From NCBI RefSeq assembly GCF_001194135.2, contig NC_069002.1, positions 3,720,989 through 3,756,330 on the forward strand: DNA of 35,342 nt. Reading direction: 5' to 3'. The translations under genes were made by a program, and so were the position numbers. The notes beneath the pieces were generated by a model. The model worked only from the letters and a program-made list of their open reading frames with translations. It was not told where the DNA came from and did no database searches. This DNA is from Octopus bimaculoides. Its lineage: Eukaryota. Shown piece after piece: positions 13,201 to 27,596 of the stretch (position 1 is the stretch's first letter; each line of letters begins with the position of its first letter).

Positions 13201-16200
13201 TGGACAGAGAGATAAATACCACTTTTCTCTGTAGTATGCATAATTTGTTTATCAGAGGCAAATTCCCCATGAGCCACCGTGCCATCAGCGTGGAGTACCT
13301 GTAATAGACAAACACAATGACTTAGTTATCATCATTATCATGTGCAATGTAAATAGGAGTCATTCCTAGTTAGGAATATGGTAACAAATGGTTTAAAAGA
13401 AAAAAGTGAAGAAATAAGAACTTACATGGTATTTTCCATTTTTCATTTTCTTAATAACAGTTCCATTAGGTAACACTGTTCTCCGTTCTTCAAGGTAACT
13501 ATGCTCATTTCGTACCAGTTCACAAGTTTGAAGTCCTTTGCTATTAAAGGGGAAACTCTGCCTCACAATCAGGTAATCATCGTTATTCACTGCAATAAGA
13601 AATAAAGAAATACCTGGGTAACTTCAATCTTTTACTTGTTACAGGTCCTGTGACCATGCTGGAGCATTGCCTTGAAGGATTTGGTCAAACAAACCAACCC
13701 CAGTACTAATTTTTTTTTAAAAAGTTTGTTGCCTTTTTTATCGGTCTCTTTGACAAACCACTAAGTTATAGGAATGTAAACAAACCAACACCGGTTGTCA
13801 AACAATGGTGAGTGACAAACAACATAAACACAAAGGTACACAATGGGCTTTCTCACAGTTTCTGTCAACCAAATTCTCTCACAAGGAATTAGGAAGAGCA
13901 ATGCCAAAACAGACAACTGGACTCTGGATAGCTCCATAGCCGGCCAGCTCCTGTCCAAGCCATCCAACCCATGCCAGCATGGAAATTGGACATATGATGA
14001 TGATACACACAAAACTAATGCATAAAATGTATTCTACAGTGAATGCGTAGCACACATAGGTAATTAGCTGTGAACTTACAATTCAAAATGAACTAGTGTT
14101 GAGGGTTCTTGCACTTACCTTTGGAATGTAATACGTCATAGTCAATTTTTAAACCATCTGGACAGGTTAAATATAATGTAGGAAATGATCCAAATTGAGC
14201 ATCTGTTTCTGAACCGCATTTTTTGGAAAAACCTATGACCATCTGTAATATGTCCAAATTGAGTTCCTTATATTAGATATTTGTTAGTACGAATTTGCAA
14301 CAGAAACAAGAAATTAACAAGACACCTACAAACAAGACTTCAATATAATGTTGCTAAACAAAGTGGCGAGCTGGCAGAATTGTTAGATTGCCAGGCAAAA
14401 CGTTTACTGGCATTTTGTCAGTCTCTATGTCTTGTAAAGTCACTTGGTAACCCCCACCTGTGCAGGTGCCACTTAAAAAGCACCCAGTCCACACTCTATG
14501 GAGTGGTTGGTGTTAGGAAGGGCATCCAGTCATAAAAAGCCCTGCCAAAACAGACATAGAAGCATGGTGTAGTCTTCTGCCTGGCCAGTATCTGTTAAAC
14601 CATCCAACCCATGCCAGCATGGAAAGAGGACGTTAAATGATGATGATGATGAACATAGTGGCTTGGCAAAAGTGACGGACAAAAATTAAAAAATATGTCC
14701 TGTGGAGGGGTTGATATGTTCAACTGAAACCCTTCAAAGATGGTGCTCCAACATGGACTGAAACAAATAAAAGAGAAAATTAAACCAGAGGAGTTTAGAA
14801 ACTTTATGTTTACATCGCTGGATTGAAAGCGGTCCATGCTGAACCTGGATCTCTTTCGGCTTCTCTCTTTAAAAAACGATTCACTGGACATGAACAGCTG
14901 GTCTTTGATGTCCTTCATGGATGAAGTCTGATCAATATTACCTGCAAAACCAAACAAACCCATCGCATTGTATAAGCATGGGTGACTATGTTTATAAATA
15001 CATGGATTTAGTGACTTTGATATACATTTGATAAAGACATGAATATATTATATATTTGTACATACATAGATATATTTCTACATATACACACTTACATAAT
15101 TATGCACTCATATGTCTACAGTTATGTGTATATACACATACACATGCAGATTTAAACATACATATGTATGTATATTTATATATCCTATACTTTTTCATTG
15201 TGCAGGCGCATGGCTCAGTGGTTAGAGTGTCAGGCTCACAATCATGAGGTAGTGAGTTCGATTCCTGGACCAGGCTGTATGTTGTGTTCTTGAGCAAGAC
15301 ACTTTACTTCATGTTGCTCCAGTTCACTCAGCTGTAGAAATGAGTTGTGATGTCACTGGTGCCAAGCTGTATCGGCCCCTTTGCCCTTCCCTCGGATAAC
15401 ATCAGTGGTGTGGAGAGGAGAGGCTGGTTATGCATGGGTGACTATTGGTCTTCCATAAACAAACCTTACCCGGACTTGTGCCTCGGAGGAGAACGTTTGA
15501 GGTGCAATCCCATGGTCATTCGTGACTGGAGGGGTTCCTTATCCTTAAACTTTTCCATTGCAGGTAAATAATGAATTGCAAGCTGAAGCAAAACATCATT
15601 ATTGAGTTCTTGACAAAGGAGAGATGCAAGCAGTCCAGCATCAGCAAATGGCAGCAGGCCGTTTACAGAGGTGACACGACTGACAAGAGCAATGTACACA
15701 GACAGACAAAGAAGTTCAAAGAAACATCAAAGATAAATCAAAGATTAAGGCGGCGAGCTGGCAGAGACGTTAGCACGCCAGGTGAAATGCTTGGCGGTAT
15801 TTCATCTGCCGCTCCGTTCTGAGTTCAAATTCCGCCGAGGTCGACTTTGCCTTTCATCCTTTCGGGGTTGATTAAACAAGTACCAGTGAAACACTGGGGT
15901 CGATATAATTGACTTAATCCGTTTGTCTGTCCTTGTTTGTCCCCTCTGTGTGTAGCCCCTTGTGGGCAGTAAAGAAATAAGAAACATCAAAGATAAACCA
16001 CATAAGACATTGATGCAATGACACCCACCGACACAAACCATCAATGAATGAACGAAATAATAAATGAGGAAAGATGAGTCAAAATCTATGAACTTGCTAC
16101 ACTGTTGGACCACGGATACAACCCATTACAGAAGATGTTGAATAACTTTGGGTATACAAAACTACATGCATACACACACACACACATGTATGTACACATA

Positions 16201-19200
16201 CTGTGCCACACAAAGCTCACACACACATGCACCATACATACCTGAGAAGTTTCTGAAGTAACCAGTTGGCCCAAACTGACTGTATGCCAGGACCACTCCA
16301 TCTGCTAGGGTAGCTGTAAATGAGCCGAACTCACTAAATATCGGCATCTTCGTCTCAGTCTCTTGTGTATCAACGGCACCAGTGCTCGGACTAGTAATAA
16401 TAATTGGCTTATTTGTTTGTGGTTGCAGTGAAGAGGCTGAAATGAGACAACAAAGTGATACGTTAAGATTTGTTTGTGTATGACAGTGTATGTGTGTGTG
16501 TGTGAATCTATGTGTATGTTTGTGTGTGTATATATACATATGAGAAATGTTAAGTCACATTTTGTATTAAAAAATAAACAACCAATGTGGTTCAATTTGT
16601 TTATTGATCAAAAGTTTTCTCCATTTTCTGATTATTTAAATTATATATATAGGCGTAGGAGTGGCTGTGTCGTAAGTAGCTTGCTTACCAACTACATGGA
16701 TCTGGGTTCAGTCCCACTGCGTAGCACCTTGGGCAAGTGTCTTCTACTATAGCCTCAGGCCGACCAAAGCCTTGTAAGTGGATTTGATAGATGGAAACTG
16801 AAAGAAGTTCGTCGCATATATATATGTATGAGCGAGGTCATTGCCAGTGCCGCTGGACTGGCTCCTGTGCAGGTGGCACGTAAAAAACACCACTTGAGCA
16901 AGGCAGTTGCCAGTACCACCTGACTGGCCCGCGTGCCAGTGGCACATAAAAGCACCCACTACACCCTCAGAGTGGTTGACGTTAGGAAGGGCATCCAGCT
17001 GTAGAAACCCTTCCAGATCAGATTGGAGCCTGGTGCAGCCATCTGGTTCGCCAGACCTCATCGTCTGTGTCTTTCAATACATCTCAATGCTTCCGAAGCA
17101 AATTTTGTTTGTTGACTTACAACCTAAGTTGAATTTAATGTACAAAAAAAAAAAATATTTCAATATAAGCAGATACTTACCAGAAGTTGTCACTGGATTT
17201 CTGAAAGTTGCTGGAGGCAAACACTCCGTTTCCAATGCGTCTGATTCAATTGGATTCAGGATGTGTACAGAGAAGACGTGACCATTCAGTAGAACTGAAC
17301 ATCTCACATTTTTGGCGCCTGTCATCATAAGAAATTCTTACATGTATTCCTCCATACAACATTTTAAAACAACACACACAGTGCTACATTAAACTATTAT
17401 TCACACAGTTGGGAAAATAGAGCTCCTGGCCCTAGATTTCATTAAAAACTAAATATATAAAGCAAACCTCCCATTTGTTCTGGGAAGCAGGTTCATCTCT
17501 GCTGCAAGCTTTGACTAATGTACTATCTCCCTCCCACTCCTGCTTTTACACTTACAATGAACTTTGACCTCTAGATATACCAAACCTGTACCCACCCTCT
17601 GATATATTAATATTTGACATTGCTAAAACAGATGGGATGGCCACAGCTGGAAAGCCTTTCATCACAGACTTGCTAGATGAAGGTTGAAATCAGGGTTGAT
17701 ATAGCAGTAAACAACAACAACAACAACCAATATTACAAATAAGAAATACAAAAACAACTGAAGTAAGTTACCTGTTAAAAAGTTCTCGGTTGTGACTCGT
17801 ATTTGGGAACCATCACAAGGAAACATTGTGTAACATTTGCTGGTTAGTTTTATAAGGTTGTCGTCCAGCTTGTAACCTGAAAACTGTAAAAGTGAACGCT
17901 ACAACAAACTACTGTAAAACAAGTGTCACCAATCATATTACAGGTGATATAAGAAATATGTAATTTTGCCATTTCAGGTAATGTTATCCGAGTATAATAA
18001 TTGGCATCTGTGTCAATGGCACGTAAAAAGCACCTGTCCCACTCTTGGAGTGGTTGGCGTTAGAAAGGTAAACCTTGGTGGAATTTGAACTCAGAATGTA
18101 GCAACCGGTGAAATACTGCTAAGCATTTTGCCCAGTATGCTAATGATTCTGTCAGCTCCCCACCTTAATGATGATAATATTAAAATTCACTTTAATCAGG
18201 CAAATTTTTTCACTGATCAAACAAAACAGGCAGCACTGGATTAACCATTAAACAAATAAAGCACATGCTTAGGACATCAAGGGGAAGGAGAGGGGTAGTA
18301 GAGAAATGGTAAATGGTTTACAGCACAAAAGAAATCACTTTAAACTTGCTAAAATAATATTCGGGATGCCTTTATCTCTACTAACTATAGATGCAGATGT
18401 GTTACCTAAGATTAATTTTGAGGATCTGATCAAAGATTTTGCAATTCAAAAAAGTAGGTGGAAACTTTTCAAATGTAAATCAAGTGGAAGTATGCAAAAA
18501 TAAACATTATTTTCCCTCTTATTGTTTTGTTTCGTTTTGAAAAATAAAAATTTATTTTATGGTTTGTTATTGTTTATATTTTGAATTATATAATCTTTTA
18601 TGGGGGGCACCAAAATCTTAGGGCCTCGATGGGTCTTAATCCCACTCTGAACCAACAAAATACACAAAGAGCTATACGGACAAAGCAGATGAACAGAGTA
18701 ATTCGCTTAGAAGAGACAGCGAGAGATAGACCGGTGGCAAGACGCCTTGTATAAAGAGATACTTACGGGTAATTCAGGTCTGTCAGCGTCCTGTTCTATC
18801 TGGCTGGCATGCATATCGTAGAGACTGTCATCATACATTGACTTGAAACGACCGATTCTGGGAGTTTTGATGCTACAACGAGACATGATCCGTTTCTCTT
18901 TGTCAGGTGATTTATCTTGCTGAAACAAAGGAGCCAGGCATATAGACAACAGGCTTTAGCAGCACATACAAACATAATAGTCACATGTGTTATATATGCG
19001 TGTGTGTGTGTGTAGATATATCATTATCATCGTCATTTAACGTCCGTTTTCCATGCTGGCATGGGTTGGATGGTTTGACTGAGGAGTAGCAAGCCAGTAG
19101 GCTGCACCAGGCTCCAATCTGATCTGGCAAGATTTCTACAGCTGGATGCCCTTCCTAACACCAACCACTCAGTGTAGTGGGTGCTTTTTACATGCCACTG

Positions 19201-22200
19201 GCATCGACCACATTTGGATGGTGCCTTTTACGTGCCACCAGCACGGGGAGCCAGTCAGTTTGCACTGACATCGGCCACGACAACAATTTCACTTGACTCA
19301 ACAGGTCCTCTCAAGCACAGCATGTTGCCCGATGATTGAAGGGAGCTCTTAAATGGGCCAGTTGTGCGACACTGGTATCAGCCACAGCTGCAATCTCACT
19401 TTGCTTGCTGAGTCTTCTCAATCACCACATATCTTCAAAGGTCTCGATCTCTCATCATTGCTTCTGTAAGGCCCAATGTTTGAAGGTCGTGCTTCACCAC
19501 CTCATCTCATGTCTTCCTGGGTTTACCTCTTCCACAGGTTCCTTCCACTGTTAGGGTGTGACACTTCACACAGCTGTCTTCGTCCATGTTCAGCCATAGA
19601 AAATCTGCCTGAACTCATTTCATCTGACCCATGCAAGCATAGAAAAGCAGATGTCAAAATGATGACAGACATATTCATTTACTTGAAGAGATAAAATTCT
19701 TACTCTTGGTGGAGATTTTCGTTTCTTCTTTTCTTTATCAAAATCGTCGACCTTCAGAAGATGTTCTTCCTTCTTGGAAGCCTTGAGAGAATGGGGCCTT
19801 GTAAACTGATCTTCATCGAATATGGATTTAGACTGCTCAGAATTTACATTGGAAACTACTAATACAGAAAAATTAGAAAAGCAGAAGCCAACTGTAACCC
19901 CTTCAGCATTTAATCTGGCCATATGTGGCCCAAATATTCTATTTGTTTTATGTACAAACTAGCCAGATCCTGCCTCTCACATCTAACCTACAATGTCATT
20001 TGGAAAATATACAATCACGTCATCAAAATCTCATCACTACAAAATGATAAATGATTAGGTGAAAACAATGTTAATTAATAAACATTACATTTGACAGAAT
20101 AATGTGAATGCTAAAGGGTTAATGAACAATTAAGGAATAAATTACAGTTCGATATAGTGATAGTGATGATCATAGAGTGATGATGGAGTGATGATGATTA
20201 AGGAGTGGTGATGATAATGGAGTGAGGATGGGGTGATAATCATGATGATGGTATGATGATGACAATGGGGTGGTGATGATGATGATAATGGGATGATGAT
20301 GATGGGAGTGGTGATGATGATGATGATGATCTGTCTATCACCCCATCCCACCTCTCATCATCCTTCTCACTCACGTCTCCTTCCTTTCATTGCCTCTGAC
20401 TATGCCACAAGCTCAACTCTCACCCTCCCTCTCACTAATCAATTCCGAAATGCTCCAAATGTTCCAAAGAGTGAATCCTGGAGAATTCTCACCTTCCCTA
20501 AGTTTATCATTGCCAGCATCAGCATCAGCATCAACATCAACATCAACATCAACATCAACATCAACATCAACATCAGAGATGTAAAAGCTCAAAAAAAAGC
20601 CTGCATTGATCTCACCAATCTTAAGAAACTCTCACGGCCATAATCACATTCTAGCAAACGAAGCATCAAAATGGAAAAGATACAAAATTTTAATTGTAAT
20701 ACTTACGTTCTTTCTTTTTAAGCACTTTTTTATCGTCAAGTGAGTGTCTGTTCTCTATTCTATCAACCTTAAAATACTCACTCACAACTGTTTGTTGTTC
20801 CAGCAGCCTCAGTGCTTTCTCTTCTCTTAGTTGCTCCAGCTCCTTTTTGTCTTCTTCTAAGGACCATTCCTTGATTTCATCAGCAACATAAAACATGAAG
20901 TTCCTGTAAACAGCAGAGTTCAACTAAAATAATAGCTTTTAGTGAATTCCCCACCTCCGCCCTACACACACACACACATTTTTTCTGTTCCTGTATCTCA
21001 GAGTTTCTCAACTATTTTTTATCTACAGACCCCTTTAATTACTATTCTAGTGGACCCCCTTAGCCATTCAATGTTTAAAAACTAGTTTTGTAGAAGCTTC
21101 TTTCAAAATTCCTATTTTGTTTTCCACACATTAATTTGTTGTAGGTCAAACTATTTAAAATTAGCCTTGCGTTGATCTCTTCCAACTTTTCAGAGAAACA
21201 AACAAAATAAAGAGGGGGGGAGAGAACGTATATATGGTTGCTTGACTTGCAAGAAATAATAGTCAAATCTTGTTTAAATTGCATCCATCTTAAATATGGA
21301 GAAACAAGGCACATTAACCCTTTAGAATTTAAACGGCCATATCCAGCCAAAATATTCTCCCCATCTTATGTTGAAACTGACCATATCCAGTCTATCACAC
21401 CTACTCTACAATATTAACCTAAAATTAAACAATCATATCTTTAAAGTCTTAAAACTATGAAATAATGTATGATGAATTCAAAGCAATGTAAATAATAAGT
21501 AAGTATAACATTTGACAGAGTAATCTGAAAGCTAAACGGTGAAATAATGCAACCTTTGATACACTTTTACCCCAACCACCAAAGATAATGTTAGAATTGT
21601 CAAAATTGAACCATGTTTGATTATAGATTTACTTGATTAGGGTTGAGCTGGAGTTAAAATGGAAGAAGTGAAATGAGGAAATGTTAGACCCACCTAAATC
21701 CAATATTGGAATATAACTGGACATGCCACGTCTGTAAATTGAACAATTCTGTGTTGTAAGGGTTGTCCAAAATTAAATACAGGCTGTCTTCTCTGATATG
21801 ATAATATTTAGTGTAGTGGGGCTGGAAGTACATAGCTTCAAACAGAACCTGAAAGTAAAGCAGACAGATTGATTAAATGTTTAATCCTTTAGCATTTAAA
21901 CTGGCCATAGCTGGCTCAACAGCAACAACAAAAACAATATCCTTTTCTACTATAGTCACGAGGTCAAAAATTTCTGGAGTTAGGGGGGGTGGGCAATTGA
22001 TTAGATCGACCCCAGTACACAACTGGTACTTAATTTATCGAACCTGAAAGAATGAAAGGCAAAGTCGAGCTTGGCGGAATTTGAACTCAGGACCTAAATA
22101 CAGACGAAATACCGCTAAGCATTTCTCCCAACTCCCCCACCCCCCGCCTTACAACAAAAATAATATTACCTGATGAAATACGCTGGAGCTTAAGTGTTCC

Positions 22201-25200
22201 AGATAGTTCCATTTTTCTAAATTCCTCTGCCGACTTGCCTTTATCTTCTCCATCAAATTCTTGCAGATGCGTTCAATATCAGGACTAACGTTTTTACTGC
22301 CGAACCAATCCAAACTTCGTTCGTCAACTGAAATGAGAACAATCAACCATAAACACACACATACACGCAAACACACAATCCAGTACAATCTGTTGCATGA
22401 CTGGATTGTTAGTTATTAAGCTGGTAACCCTACTAAGCCTGCTTAATAAGGAGGCTGGTTTTCGTTGGACACCCTGCAGGACAGAAAAGCAGAAAAAGAA
22501 ATATCTAGAAATCAGTCAATGGTTTATGCATGCCATATAATGCCCCATAGCTTATCTATTTTTTTGTATTTTCAGCAAAATTTTACGAATTTGTGTTCTA
22601 CACATGGGAATTCATATGACTGTGCAAAAACCAAAACAAAGAGACATATGTCCAGAGACATATGTCCTCTGTATCAAATGTGATGCAGGGGACAGACAAA
22701 AGGTTGAATCAAAACAATGTGAATAAATAAGTATTACATACCAAAGTAATCTGAATGTTAAAAGGTTAATTGAAGAACCTGGGTGAATGAGTTTGTCATA
22801 GAATGGAAAGTAACTCCCTCTGGTGGTGACCTACCTGACGAGTGACGTCTGTACAATGTGGGTTTCTCATTGGTTACCAAGGAAGCTGCTAGGGCAGAGT
22901 CAAGTGATATGGTCGAAGATGTATTTTGCACTATTAGTGAAGACAGTAAAGACGTTTATATTAATTTCACAGCTTAGGAAGGACATAGTAAAAAAAATGC
23001 AGATGTTGTAGAAATTTTTGAATAATTTTCCTGGCAAATTGCTTCAACAATTTCTATACAACCAGCCTTATCCCTTTATCATACTTTAACACTTGGCATT
23101 AAGCCACTTCCCTCAATATTACACCCCCTCCCACACAGCTGAGGTGGGGGTCTTGTCTTGTGAGTTTCCTGGTGATCTCACTGGTGCCAGTACCATGTAA
23201 AAAGCCCTCGCTATACTTTGTGAATGACAGATGAGCATAAGAGAGAAGGTAAAAGAGAGACATACACAGCTTATTACTGAACTCAACTCCTTCGTATTCA
23301 GGGAAGACAGTTTGTTCCAACAGGAATATCGGGTGGTCCCATGCATTGTTATTAGTGGGAGCGTATGGCTGGAGCAGGCCTTCCTTGTCCACATGTGGTA
23401 GTTGTAATGTCTGAAAGACACTTTGTTGTAAGACAAAATTCACCACTGAAAAGAGAAAAGAAAATGAAATCAAACATTAGAAAAAAAAATTTCTTTTTAA
23501 AAGGAAGGAAAACTACAAAACAAAAGCAAATATTGAAGGAAAACTTGTACCTGTGTGAGTGGTCTAAAAGATAATAATAATCCTTTCTATTAAAGGCACA
23601 AGGCTTGAAATTTTCGGGGAGGGGACCAGTCGATTACATTGACCCCAGTGTTTCACTGGTACTTTACTTTATTGACCAGCTCACTGCCTTCACATAATAA
23701 TAATAGTTTCAAATTTTGGCAAAAGACTAGCAAGTTCAGGTGAGGAAAGTAAGTCGATTGCATCAACCCCAGTATTCAACTGGTACTTATTTTATCGATT
23801 CTGAAAAGATGAAAGGTAAAGTCAACCTCGGCAGAATTTGAACTCAGAATGTGAAGACAGACAAAATGCTGCTGAGCATTTTTGCCCAGCATGCTACTGA
23901 TTCTGCTAACTCACCACTTTTAATAATAATAATTATTACTCATGGAACCTCTAGAAAACTGATAGAATCCCAGGCTTCTGAGGAAAGTTCACCTGCAAAA
24001 TGTTCATCAAGAACAACAGGTGTGCTTCTTTTACAAATTATAAGATAAAAATAAAACTTACAATTAAAAGGGAAAGCTTCATTTAGAAAGACTAAAATCA
24101 AAGAACTCACTTTTATAAGAAACACCATCTTTTGAGCAGAAGTGAAGAAATTCACGAGCTTCTGCCTCCACAATATGCCTCAGTGCTGTATCTGGAAAAT
24201 TTTCGATTCTACAGAAACAAAACTTATCCAGCATTTTGTCTACAACAGTACTTGGTACAAAATCATGGAAAGGTTTCAAGTGATGGAAAAGTTTGCTGCT
24301 TTCATCCTTATAACTGATCAGTCTCAATGGTTCTTCCTTGGGAACTTCTTTCTCTTCCAACTTATCATCAATCACCTATAACCAATCAATTTATAAGAAT
24401 TGGATAAGATATGACGGCTCGGCCATCTCTCCCCAGTTCTTATATTAATCATTAAAATCCAAAAATACAACATGAGGGATAACGGTAACAACAGATCAAT
24501 AGTTTATTCTAGGTTGGTGTAGAGCCGTTTCATTCCTGGGTGAACAGGCATGCTGCTGGGATACCAAAGAAGCTTCGACCACATGTCGGGGGTCGAGTTG
24601 AGAGAGCCTGGAAGAACGTCTTGTCACGACGGCTGCTGGATGGATAAGAGGCCAAACGCTATTTCTTTCTCTCCACCTGTTGCATTGCGCATGCGTGCTC
24701 GGGTACTTCCGCTGACGGCTAGTCCCTTGCACATGCACAATGGCACTTCCCAAGATGGCGGCCAATGGCGGCCACACGCGCCACTACAAATTAATTAATA
24801 AATCAAAAAACCAGAGTCTAACATTCCATGCTAACTATTTTAAACAAAATTACAATTCAATGGCATTCTTTAATGTTCTGCTATCACAAACATCGAAATC
24901 TCTGCCAGTTCACCAACAAGTTTCATTCTCCCTATGTACCTACTTATATATCTACCTACCTGCTTATTTATCTATCTATCTATCTCTGTCTTCTGACTTG
25001 TCTACCTGAATATCTCTCTTTCTACCTGAATATCTGATACCTATATTTTTCTTTCTGTACCACACTACCACTGCACTATCCTATCCTCTTACTTCTCTAT
25101 TAACCTGTGTATTGATTGCTGGAACTTCTGAGTTCCACACACACAGGTAAAAAAAAATGGTGATTACAGCTGGAACACTTATGATCATAGATCATAGTCT

Positions 25201-27565
25201 ACTCAGACAGAGCAGACTCAGGGCTAAAGATTAGTTCCAAATTTTAGCACAAGGCCAGCAATTTCAGACAAGGGAGCAAGCTGATTACATTGACTCCAGT
25301 ATTCACCTGGTATTTAATCTGTCAACCCTCAAAAGGATGATAGAAAAAAATCGACCCCAATGGAATTTGAACCCAGAACGTAATGAGAGACAAATGCCAC
25401 TAAGCATTTTGCCCAGCATGCTAACAGTTCTGCCAGTTCGCCACCTCAGCAATAATAATAATATTGGTTTCAAATTATGGCACAAGGCCAGCAATTTCAA
25501 AGGAGGGGGTAAAGTCGATTACGTCAACCCCAGTATTCAACTGGTACTTATTTATCGACCCCCCCCCCAAAAGGAACATAAAGATGGACGAAATGCATTT
25601 TGCCCTGCGTCTTAACGATTCTGCAAGCCTGCTGCCTTTCCAGGGTTAAATAATAAAAACAACAAGAAAAACACTTGAACAAATATATAGCTAACAACTT
25701 TGGCATGTGCACCTAAACACGTGAACGTCCACAGAGGTGGACTTTGGAGAAGACAACTCACCTCAGAGCAGTTGTCATCCAAAATAAGCTTCTGAAGTAC
25801 CATAGACAAATGCTTTGCCAAATCTTGGTTCAAACCATCAATTGTAGGAGGCGGTTGGTACTCTCGGGGAGGCAGTGTATGTCTCTCTATTGCAACCACC
25901 TAATAAATAATACATTTTATTTATATATATATATATATAAAGAGAGAGAGAGAGAGAGAGAGGAAATTACATGGAAAATATATATATATATACACACACA
26001 CATTCATATATATATATATTTACGAATAAAAGCGTAACTTATTGATTGCAGTATTAAGATGACTCAGTCACTCCTCTCGGCTTTGTGCCACTGACCACAA
26101 ACTAGTGTCTAAATTCAGAAAACAAGAATTGGCAGTCACTGAAATAGAAAAATAATTAAAATTTAAAGCTAAAGATATATATATACATTTAGATTTAAAT
26201 TTTAATAATAATAATATTTATAAGCTTTAAGCTTATGAATGCATCACAACCATATGTGCGCGACTTGGTGATCTCATATCAAGATAAATAGTGCATGATC
26301 TTGCAGGTGGGATCCAGTTAGAATTTTCTTCAGGTTGAGTAGCTCACCCGACTCAAATGGTCCCTGAATAAGGGTTGTTTAAGGATGATGAACAAACCAA
26401 CCATGTTTCCAAAGGTAAATTATCCAAACCCCAAAGAATTCCTCTCGACACATGGCTATAGTGCTCCCCCACTACTGCTTGTGCTCATGATCAGAGATGC
26501 ACATATTGTCAGCCACTAAGGGACATGCTCAACTGGTTAAGGTCAAACAACTGAAAAGCAAATCTGTGGTATTGAACAGGAGCAGTGGAGGTGCATCATA
26601 GCCATATGTTGTGAGGGATTTTGGGGGCTTGAATAAATATCATAACAAAAGCAAAGCTTGAAGGAAGTATTAGCCATTCTTCATACATTCTTCAGGTAAG
26701 CAGTTAGGAAATAACAGTTTCTACCCAAAAATCATGTTACACAGTGTAATCCTTAAGCAACCACGCATTTGAAACTGGAAAGTTATACTCATTGCAACAG
26801 ATTGTCCAGTAAGAAAGGAGACAGCAACAAACCTGTTCGATCATGGCATGCAAAACGAGGGGAATGGTGACACACTCCATGGGAATGGTATCCATCAAGT
26901 CATCATAATAACGCATGTCCAGAGTGTCAAGCATTCGGGGCTCAATTAAAGGATATTGTGGTGGGGGTGGCATGATGCACAAATCTAATAAAATAGAAAA
27001 TATAGAAAATGTAAGCAAACAAGTAAAACAATTGCAAAAACAAAAAAGGAAACAAATGGTAAAGAATATTTTAGGGTGTTCTCTAAAATCTCTTCTCTTC
27101 CATTTGTCTAGGAATTGGAAGAAGAAAAATAATAGATTTTTACCGAAGAAGAAGGCCTCCTTCTTGTCTGAGTTTGTCAGTTGTTTTACATTCATAATTG
27201 ATTTCAATAGTTTTACTTTGGGAATGGCAGCAGAGTTTTGAGGTTTGTCTTGCAGCCACAAGTTCTGGGTTCAGTCCCATCACATGATGCCTCAGGCAAG
27301 TGTCACCCACTATAGCTGAGGCCCAACCAAAGCCTTGTGAGTGAATTTGATAGATGGAAACTGAAAGAAGCCCATCATAGGTATACAAGTATGCATGTAT
27401 GTATGTAGGTATACACATACAAACACACCTGTGTGTATGAATATCTGTGTATATCTGTGTGTGAGAGAGAGAGAGAGAAAGAAAGAGAGAGCTTGTTAGT
27501 TAACCTGTCAGAGACTCATCTTGCTACTAAACAATGATGATGATATAGATAGATAGATAGATAGT

Positions 27566-27596
<31 letters not shown>

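Noticed and set aside
15205-15275. tRNA-like A/B boxes (also at 8785, 15748 and 16652)
   Set aside because: SINE heads continuous with repeat bodies; no complete cloverleaf
24575-24596. TCGACC..GGTCGA hairpin as a sign of a known ncRNA
   Set aside because: Only a 6 bp stem; I could not find snRNA, snoRNA, 7SK or RNase P/MRP motifs by eye. An Infernal/Rfam scan would be decisive
24496-24798. 93 aa (-) and 82 aa (+) ORFs across the GC-rich island
   Set aside because: Expected by chance in GC-rich DNA; no recognisable domain
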